A DNA stretch of 63,221 bases, the filler included, from Bigelowiella natans CCMP2755 (lineage: Eukaryota > Protista > Cercozoa), in NCBI GenBank assembly GCA_000320545.1. It is 5 parts of 5 records of this genome, joined end to end, with 100 filler letters (N's around TTAATTAATTAA, not from the genome) between each part and the next. Parts side by side here need not be neighbours in the genome. Positions count along the whole stretch, not along the records: positions 1 to 28,579 come from ADNK01002765.1; 4 more parts are not named here. One strand, given 5' to 3'. The position numbers and the translations under genes were made by a program. Positions 1-10,538 of the stretch are shown here, in pieces. Under the pieces are notes generated by a model, which was not told where the DNA came from, did not search any database, and worked only from the letters and a program-made list of their open reading frames with translations. The stretch's first letter is position 1. Each line of letters opens with the position of its first letter.

Positions 1-119
1 CTTGCTAGGTTATTGGTTTCCAATGCTTTAGTATCTTATTTACGACGTTGATAGCAAGCTTCACACCCTCCTCCTCCTCCTCCTCCTCCTCCTCCTCCTC
101 CTCCTCCTCCTCTATCACA

Positions 120-609
120 TCAACCTGGAAAGAATCGGAGCGAAAACGGTCCTTTCGGAAACATGTTATACAGCTCTCTCAAGAGCCGAGAAGCGACCTG
201 TAAAGTGATGGCAAGGAGGGCGTTAGAGCAGACCAAGGCACACAACAATAAATAAATTAAAAAGACTCTGCGAGACGACTGATTTTTGTCCCGAAAGTTG
301 CTCCACAGCAAATGCACAGTATTACCCCTTTGCGTCTGTGACCCTTTCCTACTTCAACGGGGTAGACATATACCTGTACGACGCCCTGGAAATATGATGC
401 GCCAATAAGACTTTCTTCAGTTGAAAAAATAACGGTCAAAGGCGTATCACCAACGCCATATTCCGCCGCTAACTCAATTCACCTCTGCGCCAACTTCTGC
501 ATAGCTGAGCTCCCCTGCCTGAGGTTGAGGTTGATCGTCCTCTTTTTTGTCGGAATCCTTGTTGTCATCTTGACTGGTAATATTGCTCTCTGGGAGGATA
601 TGCGCAAAC
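120..609 (-). CDS. GNAT-family N-acetyltransferase (partial, multi-exon)
   Basis: GT-AG exons ~483-609, 326-385 and 125-197 join to ...YAEVGAE|GVVQVYVYPVEVGKGHRRKG|VASRLLRELYNMFPKG. This contains the GNAT motif A acetyl-CoA signature (V..xxHRRKGVAxxLL). Start and true end are not resolved. Confidence 0.6.
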
Positions 610-665
610 CTGCGGGGAATGGGGTTGAAACTACGCTTCGCAACACTGCATTCAAAATAAATATG

Positions 666-737
<72 letters not shown>

Positions 738-1737
738 TGTGCGCGCGCGTGTCGTGTTACTACCAGTCGTAGTTGATTCTTCCTAGGCTGGTCCTTGCTC
801 ACCACAATCTAACAGTTATCCGAGCAGTTGGATGTCAATCCTCATGCAAATATCATTCTCCCCCTCCCCTCCCCCCCCCCCGAATGAACCGGTCGCCGAA
901 CCTGAACATTACTACGCAACTTAGATGTCGTCAGAGGAGCTCCGCAGAGCTTATTGCAGCTGGTGTTAGAGTTTGACGATGTCGTATCCACTGGCAAACG
1001 TAACGAGGAAGACCTGAAAAATCGACTGAGCAGGCTGTCTTACACGTAAAGGACGGCGAAAACGACCTTTTCATCATGAACAGAAGGAGAGGGAGCGCGA
1101 GGATGAAGAGGGAGAAGGCAGAAACAAGGGGACGACGATGACGGAGCTGCCCTGTCGCAGTTCGCTCCATGCAATGATGCGGTCGTCGATCGGCTTCTGG
1201 GTCCGGGCAGAAGAGAGAACAGAGCGCGTGCGATTTTGATCAGAAATGCTCCATAAATCCAGGTCGCAATTGAGAAAAGGATGCGGTTTTCACAGGAAGA
1301 AATGGACAGGATAAAGAAAGGGGAAATCGGGGATTCTCGCATCACCGAAATGTGCGATGGATGGCCCTTTCACCAGAGTTTTCCCTCAACACAATGGGAT
1401 CACAATAACACACCCCGAAAACATCTAACAAGAAATGGTCTAGATCTATGCCTCACGAATCGTTAGGAATTGCACCAGAAGGGAAAAGCTGCGTTGGTCT
1501 CCTTACAACGACTTTGGTGAATAATGCTTACAAACCGTGTCGTTTTAGTACCTGCGACATCCTTCTAGGAACTGTTTTTCGCGTAAATCGCAAACGGCTT
1601 TTTAGAGCATCGAATACCAAGCGCACAAAGGCCTTCAGCCATCGGCCCGTTCCCCACCAGGAAGAGCCAGCTGCAGGCATGACACGATGGCTGGCCAGCT
1701 CGCCCGATAGGGTAGGCCCGGGTAGCTCAAATGCTAG

Positions 1738-2996
1738 GGTGAAGCGATTGCGATCAAGCTCCTCTACGAAAGCGAAAAGCAAAGCGAAAAGCAAAGAACG
1801 GCATCTTCTCCTCAGACGGGCTCGCAAAAGTCAGCCATTAGTAGCCCCGACTATGGCAAAGTCATGGACATTAAGAGACCGAAAAATAGCCAAAGGGACC
1901 TGGAAAAACAACCCTCGGAGCCTGATCCTTCCCAGAAGAAGCTGAAAACGATAACTTTCAAAACCAGTTCTAAAGAGAAAGATGAGCCGAATCCTGGCGA
2001 CAAGCGAGTAGGCTGCTACCGTGGCAAGAAAATGATCCGTCGTTCACTTTCAACGCACATCATCCAAACGATACGACACATTGACGATATTTCAAAGGAC
2101 CTATGGCTGAGCGCGGTGATTGTCGGGTTCAACGCCATTCTTATGATGGTTACTGAAATCATTATTGAGGTTTTAATTCTAACGGAATTATACCCCAAGC
2201 TTCCATTTCGCTTAGACTTCTTCTTCCTGACGATATTGTCTGCTTTGCTGGGATGGCAAGCTCTTGAAGGCATAGCACATAAGCAATTTGACACGAGTAT
2301 CAACGCTCTACAGGTACATCCCTGAAATATCTAGAAAACAAGGGCCGATTGGATTTTACGATGATTCCGTGAGATGAGGGAATAGACTCCTGTCAAGAGG
2401 ATGAAACAACCCGACGCCACTTAATGATGCCGTCACATTGTGGGGCCAAGAAATTATTAAGATTTCGAATTCTCTCTCGATTCCGTTCTGATTTTCGCGA
2501 TAAGAGGCTGGATAATATCTGACTGTTTTGCAAGAAAACAGGAATGTAGACAGCCATATCTCCGGACGATGAAATAAGATAACTGTATGCGCTTTCTCCC
2601 CTTCAGGTAAGTGGGCTCGTGGAGGCGGCCTTGATTACCGGGGATGTGGTGTTCATGGAAACTATGAAGGTGAATACAATGCATCGCTTGCTGCCAAACG
2701 ACAGTCGAAACTTGCCACTGATATCATAACGAACGTGCTTTAGATATTTATTTTCTCTCTGCATTATGACTATGGTTCTCCATCATTGACTTGGTAGTAC
2801 CTAGCCTTTACAACCGTCGATTGCATGCTTGTCACTACCAACGATTTAGGATGAGTATCCGGCGGCCATTTCAACCCGCGCGCCGTTTGCAATCCTCACT
2901 GGGACAAACCTGGTGTTAGTTGCGTACATGTACGCGAATTTGTGGTGGTTTCATCACGAGGAGGACGAGAAAGGAGGCTCTCGATGGAAACTATAA
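1738..2996 (+). CDS. Hypothetical multi-pass membrane protein (5' exons unresolved)
   Basis: Open exon 1738-2312 with two hydrophobic segments (LWLSAVIVGFNAILMMV; FFFLTILSALLGW). In-frame exons follow at ~2607-2669 (VSGLVEAALITGDVVFMETMK) and ~2850-2996 (APFAILTGTNLVLVAYMY...WKL*). Confidence 0.6.
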
Positions 2997-3163
2997 TTCA
3001 TAAACAGACGAATTATTGCTGAATGCCGGATGTAATGTACATGGGCCCCATTGTGTCGCATGCATACATGTAAATGCTGATGGGCAAGAGCACGAAATAA
3101 CAAGGGCGCATAAGTCTCCACTCTGTTGATCGGTCACATGTTCGCAGCTTCGCCTATGCCTAA

Positions 3164-3211
<48 letters not shown>

Positions 3212-3263
3212 TTATATAATTTTTTTTATAATATACATATTATGTATAAATTATTATTATTAG

Positions 3264-3342
<79 letters not shown>

Positions 3343-4138
3343 AGCGGCATCTGTTATATTAGAAGCGTAATATTGGCACCTCATATCGCATTGTAACTAG
3401 CTAGACTGCTCATAGCTTCCATAGGGCTGTGCTAGTGTGATGAGCAACGAGGGCGCACAGTGCCAGAGTGCTGTGCGAGTAGCGAGGTGATGATAATGCC
3501 AAATTATGATAAGGCTTGCTGCACAGGCAGCTGAATGCTCCCCTTTGTACGTAGCTAGCGTAGGCGTGACTGGTGGTTATCTTGTTCGCATGACGTCACA
3601 GAGTGGAAAGCTAGAAAATTTGTGAACGCATGATAAGACTAACACATTTGACAAGCTATGAGCGTTATAGGCGCTGCATTGCACGCAGCTACATGAAGAT
3701 GACTATTATGAGCAAAATTGATTGATCAATTACATTCGTCTCACAATACAATAGACACAATAATTGTAGACAATTATAAATTGTGAATCAGGCAGGGTGC
3801 CTACCGTGCATACCAAGCGCCATGCCCATGTGCACACAATGCACACACAGACAAACAGAGCCACACGCGCGCCTTTGTATATTTATGTCCAGAATCGTCA
3901 AACACACACACACACATGTGTGCCAACAACTACTCATATTGCAGCGTGCACGCGCACGCACACGCACGCACGCAAGCACGCAAGCGCAGAAGTACTGCAT
4001 CGCAGCAAACTTGTGTGTGCCCCCTAGCAAATGTTGTCGCAGGAGGGTGACGTGTGGCATTGTAGGCAATGGCAAGAGACTTTTGCTTCAGCTGCCTTCC
4101 AACGTACGTAGCGAGATTGCATTTTCCATTTATTACTA

Positions 4139-4709
4139 TTAGTCTTCTTCAGACTTTTTGGCATCGTCGTCATTCGCGCCGCTGCCACTGCTTTCTCCTA
4201 TTGCTGCCGTCGCCGCCAGATTTGGATTATTGTGTATAAATTTCTGGAAGTATTGAACAACCATGCTAGCCTCAGGGTCATAGTCCTTCTCCGATTTGAG
4301 CGATACCTTCAAAAAGAAAGGAAAGAGGCAATGAGCAGATCTCGTTTCACTCGAGAGCGACCGCGACGGATGAGTCGAGAAAGAGTTGAGGTAAATATAT
4401 GTAGAGTGTAGGCGTTTGATTCATCTGATCTTCCTTCTTCATTAAGTCTTTTTATTTGTCTTTTTGTGTAGATGGGATGGCGCGTAAGTTGCCAATTAGG
4501 CAGGTCTCTCACCTTGTACACAGTCTCGCCCTCGCCATTCTTCGCGTTTTTAGGTTTTGCGCGTTCTGCCGACTGCAATCGCGCCAAAACAACGAGGGCA
4601 CAGAACGTGATGAAAACGACGGCAAGAAGTATTCGGCATCAATTTTTCTCCTTTCACCAACCATTTTGATAACGATGAGTAGTAGTAGTAGCAGTAGTAA
4701 TTATGGTAA

Positions 4710-4746
<37 letters not shown>

Positions 4747-5255
4747 GGAAGTACCTTCGCGTACGCCTTATCGTAATGCGTCTCCAGAAGAAGTGCAACG
4801 AGCTGTAAAGTAATGAAACCGTGGAATCAGGGAAACGCATACCACAATATACACTCCCAGCAGTAAGCGCCGAAGTCTATTCGTTCTGTCTCCGAAACGG
4901 CAATGTGACCAACATGCGTGGTGGACGGGTGATGTGGTTTCGCACCTCATCCCAGCTGCCTTCCTTCGCTAATTCGAGGTATCTTTGCCACGCGGGTAGG
5001 AGAACACGTGCGATCGAAGGAAGCAAGGATGCATAGAAAACGAGGAGGAATAAGCCCACATTAACAACGGCGTCGATGATGACAAAGCATTTCGAAAAGC
5101 CGAAATCGTCTCTACATGGCTTTGATGATACTGAAAAACTCTCGCAGGGTCAAATGGGGTATTGCTGACCGTGTGATATACAAGAGCAGTTTTCACGTAA
5201 TATCATATCTGATTTCATCTCGACTTCCGTATTCATGATGCTTGTCATTATCAAT

Positions 5256-5287
<32 letters not shown>

Positions 5288-6534
5288 GATCTTCTTCTTC
5301 TCCCTCCTTGCCAGTGTTTGTTGTCTCTTGGCTGACCTATCGACGCACTCCTTCCCCACCCGCCGATGCAGGCCTTTGAGCCGGGTGCAAAGCGCGTCCA
5401 TCTGGCATTTTTATTCGCGGCAAAAGACAAAGGCATGAATGGACACGGTTTATTGGCCATCTCCAAGAGGACCCAATTCCAAAACTCAGCACGTTGGGCA
5501 AAGCTCACTATGGTTTTTGAATATCAAAACGAAGTAGATCTTACGTGCTCTTTCTGCTCAAAGTACTTGTAATCGTCGCGGATGCAGCGGACGCGGAAGT
5601 CCACTGGCACGATGAGGCAGCAGCGCGGGGCAAGCTTCTTCGTATTCCAAAGCTCAATCGGAAGATGCCTAATCCCTACCCTAGAACCCTCATCTGGTGA
5701 AGAGAGAGGGAGAGAAAGAGAGAGAGGAGGGGGGAGATGGCAAGAAAGCAAGTAAGAAGGAGAAGAAGAAGCAGCAGCAGCAGGACGACGCCGAAAAATG
5801 TGATCGGCTAGGTAACTCTGATAAATGCGATTAGTGTAGCCTGTAATATACAAGTGTGAGGCACAAAGATGAAGATATTACCTTCGATAAACACAGGCCG
5901 TTTAATGTCCATTTCCTCCGCCTTTGCAGCCAAAAGCCCCTCAAAGATCTAATGGGAGATCCCACCCAATACAATACAACGATGATACAAATTAGTAACA
6001 AAAACAAGACAAAAGTAATAACGCGTAGTCCTCCTGCTGCCCGTCCCCCCCCCCCCCCCCTCCCTCTTATTCTCCTTCAACGGCAATGCACTCTGAACGA
6101 CCTTTTGCGTTGGTTGCGGTGTTGTGAGGCTATCACCGAGAATGCTGCCTTTATGGCCTGCACACGCCTCGATATCGATCATCTGCCCTCCTTGTCGCTC
6201 AATCGCCTTGAGGAAATTCGTCTTTCCGCTTCCTAATTCGATGGTGATGTTGTGATAGAGAATGAGGCGTATTGCTGACGAAAGCGCAGGAGCTTTCAGG
6301 AGCAAAATGCTTTGAAAATTATACGTGACTTTTTATTATAATTATTACTATTATTATCATTATTATTATTGTTATCCCTCAGGCACTTGCTGCGACCGCA
6401 AGCATTGGCATTGTTAAGCCGTCGAGCTCTCTCCACTCTTGATATGATACCTGTGGGACCGCTGATGACGATGTATTTTAGGCTTTTCATCTTTTCGAGG
6501 TAAACACGCACTCGTCTACGGTAGGCCTGATGAC

Positions 6535-6570
<36 letters not shown>

Positions 6571-6963
6571 AGTGATGATGACGATGATAGTGATGATGAT
6601 GATCGGAAGTGATGATGATGATGATAAACATAACAATTATTTTCAATAAAACTATAAACATTGTTTTCCAAGTCATATGTGGAAGGCAGCACAATAAGGT
6701 CGGAACAACAACTGCGTAGCTGTTGGCGTGTGCCCCCCCCCCCCACCCCCCCCCAGCTTGCGCGTCCGACCTGATATCCGCCCTTGAGGACGCCGACTTT
6801 GAAACCTACTCGTGCTAGAATCGTCGCCAAGGAATGGCTTCGTTCCCCCCCCCTCCAACAGATGACCAACACCCTCGAATTGCTGCAAATTACATCCAAA
6901 AAAAGGGTTGGGGGGGGCGGGGTACGTTCGGATGCTCAGGAAACAACAACCTCAAATATTATA

Positions 6964-7001
<38 letters not shown>

Positions 7002-7447
7002 TGTGTATATATGCCTATGCGCACTCATGCGTCTATTTCTTTGCTTGTGCGGAGTGGGGAGAAGCTGGTATACGTCATCTTCGAGAGGAAATCGTGATAG
7101 ATCGCACAACACCAACGGAGAGATGATGATCTATTCTACGCCGAATTCAAAGTGTGGCAAGGGCTCTAGATGAAACCCACCACATCTGCCTATTCGGCGG
7201 GGACTCCATTATTATTATTATTATTATTCTCATTACTATTATTATTATTATTATTATCATTATTCTCATCATCATCATCAAAGCGTTTTTGATATATGAG
7301 TACAATTATACGTCATCTTCGAGAGGAAATCGTGATAGATCGCACGACACCAACGGAGAGATGACGATCTATTCTACGCCGAATTCAAAGTGTGGCAAGG
7401 GCTCTAGATGAAACCCACCACATCTGCCTATTCGGCGGAAAGCATCA

Positions 7448-7506
<59 letters not shown>

Positions 7507-8549
7507 CATAATATATATGAGCATATTTGTGTTAAAATAGGACAGTCTCTTCGATGGTTTTCATATCGAATAAAGCCGCAAGAAACACAAGTGACCTCTT
7601 CAGCTGGCTAATGACAGGGCTACGCAATATCTTAGCGATGGACTCCGAGATCAAAGCAGCTCCTATACGCCGTGCCGTAAACCGGTCAGTCTTATACCTA
7701 CGTGGGAAGAAAGACTATTATCGGAGAAACCTGAGAAGCGCGAAGCTTCCGGGTGTGTTGTGTGGCCATTACTTCGTTCCCACGACAGCCCGCTCACTGT
7801 TGTCTAGGACCGGAGTGCTGATTGCTCTGCAAACGATGGGGTTTATATGAGATGAACATTGAAGAATTGCATGTCAGTGATGACAGAGCTGCTTCTACCC
7901 GGGTACATGATCATCTTTGTATTCCGCAGGACTCCTAGCATCTAGGATAAGATCCCAGCCGGTTCCTTCCATGTCATCCTATTAGTATTTTATGGTTAAA
8001 ATAAGTAATGTGTGAGAGGGTATCTTCTTTCCCTCATAGCCGATAATCGTGCGCTGCAGCGTTTTTGTACGTCCAAAACCGACCTTCGCTGCCAGTTTGG
8101 GAACCTTTCCCGTTTTCTCCATATCGTAGAGCCAGATGCTTTCTCGTGCAGGGCTTAGATACATACCCGGGAAGGGTGGCTCGTATTTCTTCTTGGGGCT
8201 GCTTCTTCTTGTCTTAACGTCCCCACTCTGCCCACCGCTGTCTTTCGGGCCACTAGCTTCAGCGCCACCCCCATTCTGCGAGGAAAATGGAACAACACAC
8301 TAAGAATTTCGCAGTCTACAAGATGTTGATCTGTAGCCCCAATACCCGTGGACAACAAAAATCCATCAACCACTAACATCCTGACGAGAGAACACATGAT
8401 CCACGGACCTTTTGCTGACTAATTGGCTCGCAACCACTCGTGGGCGCGGCTTGGAGCGCACTGGCCATATGCCTCAGAACCGTTATCAGTATAGCGATAA
8501 TCCATAGGCTTGCTTTGGTCAGTCCTGCTCGGACCAACCGGATTGGCAT
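4139..8549 (-). CDS. selU: tRNA 2-selenouridine synthase (MnmH/SelU/YbbB; rhodanese plus P-loop) with N-terminal targeting-like extension
   Basis: Stitched exons give LILDARSPAEYKDDHVPG|AISTPVLDNSERAVVGTK|YKTDRFTARRIGA, the rhodanese loop VLVICWRGGERS..LKGGYQ|AYRR and the P-loop ISGPTG|SGKT. Downstream are IDIEACAGHKGSILG, QPTQK|IFEG, RPVFIE|DEGSRVG, RVRCIRDDY and LLETHYDKAY. This is the MnmH motif order. An alternative in-frame start lies at 8645. Confidence 0.92.
7066..7200 (-). ncRNA. Candidate intronic box H/ACA snoRNA, copy 1
   Basis: Hairpin-hinge-hairpin-tail on the host strand: stem CGCCGAAU/AUUCGGCG, H box AGAAUA, second stem (C)AUCAUCU/AGAUGAC(G), terminal AUA box. Both pockets lie 14 nt from their boxes and are complementary to conserved 18S rRNA sequences. 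Confidence 0.75.
7304..7438 (-). ncRNA. Candidate intronic box H/ACA snoRNA, copy 2
   Basis: Direct repeat of copy 1, 238 bp away, with 2 substitutions. Both substitutions fall in stems and outside the guides. It has a perfect CGUCAUCU/AGAUGACG stem, H box AGAAUA and an AUA tail. Confidence 0.78.
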
Positions 8550-8857
8550 AGAAAATCCGTGGCAGGGGGGGGTTCCCCAGGCCAGACAGCAGAGAATTAT
8601 AAGACGTAGTATAAATCGAATATGCGACTGAGAATATATTTCCATTTCTGCAAAAACGGCGAAACTGTGGGGGAGTTTTCGAACCCGCAGTGGATTTATG
8701 AAAAGTAGATGTTTTCGGTTCGAATAAGTTTCCTATTTTCGCTGATCACCGCAACAATAACAACCACAACTGCCCACAAAGGAGAAGAACAGGTGCCCCG
8801 ATCGGATACACACCCGGCCCTGATTACTCCAGCAACGCTCTCAGTTTCTCCTGAGGA

Positions 8858-9680
8858 ATGGGAGGCGGTTGCAGCGCTTCAGTCGATGTGCATACGTCGG
8901 CTTGGGCTCAGGATCCTTCTTCGAGAAACAAGCACATACGAATGTATTCCACGTGCCATTCCATTGCAATCTAACGTATGCTTTAACAGCCTCACTCGTA
9001 CAACAGAGTCTTCGTCGGGCTTGACGGAGGTGGAAAATCTTCCATATGGAACAGGATACAAGGTCTTATTCAGGACGGCGAGCACGTCTTCGAGCATGTG
9101 CCCCTCTGTGAGCCTACATGCAATGTCCGACGACGGGATCTATCGTACAACGGGAAGAAGCTCGTGCTCATCGACACACCGGGGAAATTTTGGTGAGATC
9201 TTCAACCCCAAAAATTATTATTTTCCTTCAGGCTAATCAATGTCCAAATGGCTATGAACCTAAAAACATTCAAATGAGCACCCTCGCCGACTTCCACGCC
9301 CTTGTATTTAGGCTTAGAAGCACGTGGATAGAAGAGGTACAGAATTCCAACTGTGTGGTATATGTTATTGATTCATCGGATAGGATGCGCCTTCAGCTAG
9401 CAAAGGATGAACTTTTTGCCCTTCAAACACAAGTTCTAGGTAGTACCGTCTAATCACGCAAATATTGCGAGTTTCGAAACATTTCTTTGCATATACAGAC
9501 TTCAAAGAGAGGAAGGTTATAGTCCTGCTTACCAAAGCAGATCATCCAAATGCGATCTCCAAAAGCTGTATCCAGAAAGAAGTCGATTTTTCCGAAATAT
9601 ATGCGAAAATTTTATCATTCTCTGCTAGAAAAAATAAAGATGTTAAATCCTTGCTAGATCGATGTATTGGCGTGCTGTAA
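8858..9680 (+). CDS. Arf/Arl-family small GTPase (divergent)
   Basis: Stitched: MGGGCSAS...HIRI|VFVGLDGGGKSS (G1), PT (G2), LIDTPGKFW|LRSTW (G3), VVYVIDSSDRMRLQLAKDEL, LLTKAD (G4), FSAR (G5). Gly2 myristoylation context. Confidence 0.85.
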
Positions 9681-10538
9681 TATCAATATAATTCACTATG
9701 ATTGTGTTGTTTATACACTGTGGATTGTGACCAAATGATAGCTAGATAAACAATGAATGATTCAAAGCATGTCTATTGTTTTAGAACTCAGAATAGCAAA
9801 TAGACGATCGATGCATTAGCAACATCTTCGATCACAACCTCTAGCTAGGTAGCTAGACCTACGGCCTAGAGGGTGTTTACATTTAGAAATTTAGACACTA
9901 TGATTAATTGCGTCATTACTCAGACAACGCAATTGTTTGATCTACTTTATTTGATGCAACACGCTCTACTAGTCTCTAGGTCCAGCCCTGTTGCGACATC
10001 ACATTGTCTAGATTGTTGCAGCGCTCTGAGTTCGTTGTTGTCTGTTGTGCCATCACTGTTGGCCCTGCGTGTGCACTGCACGTGCAGAGATAGCACACGG
10101 CTGCACTTAATTACACATGGCTGGATGACTAGATGAATATGCATTGCGCGTTGTGCGTGTGCTTTGCATGTCATCGCATCTAATCATTGCATCGTACACA
10201 TGGGAAATAATGTGATGTAAATCATACCGCATGGGCTATGAATTGTTAGAATGTCATCTTTCTCTGGACTGAGATGAGATAAAGTACATGTGTACATGCT
10301 AGCACATGGCCACGTCGTAAAAAAGTTGAGCCTGAATAAGATTGCTTTGACCAAAGTTGTATATATTGGAAGAGCTAGAGGTGTGCACACATTTATGTTG
10401 CACATTTCCTTTGAGTGACTACACCTTTGACCCAGTTTCTCTTAGGATTCCTCGTCTGCTTTCTCGTGTTGACATTCCTATTCCTGGAATTCAATCATTA
10501 CGACAAAATGCTTTAACTTTAGGGTGTAAGAGTTTTAT

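Noticed and set aside
5076-5134. C/D box snoRNA (ATGATGA...CTGA) on the plus strand
   Set aside because: It is antisense to the host gene, ATGATGA is ubiquitous in (GAT)n repeats here, and there is no recognisable guide.
7066-7438. Direct repeat interpreted as a duplicated exon, LTR pair or CRISPR unit
   Set aside because: The flanking selU exons join in frame without it. It has no LTR termini or spacer array, and the H/ACA architecture explains it better.
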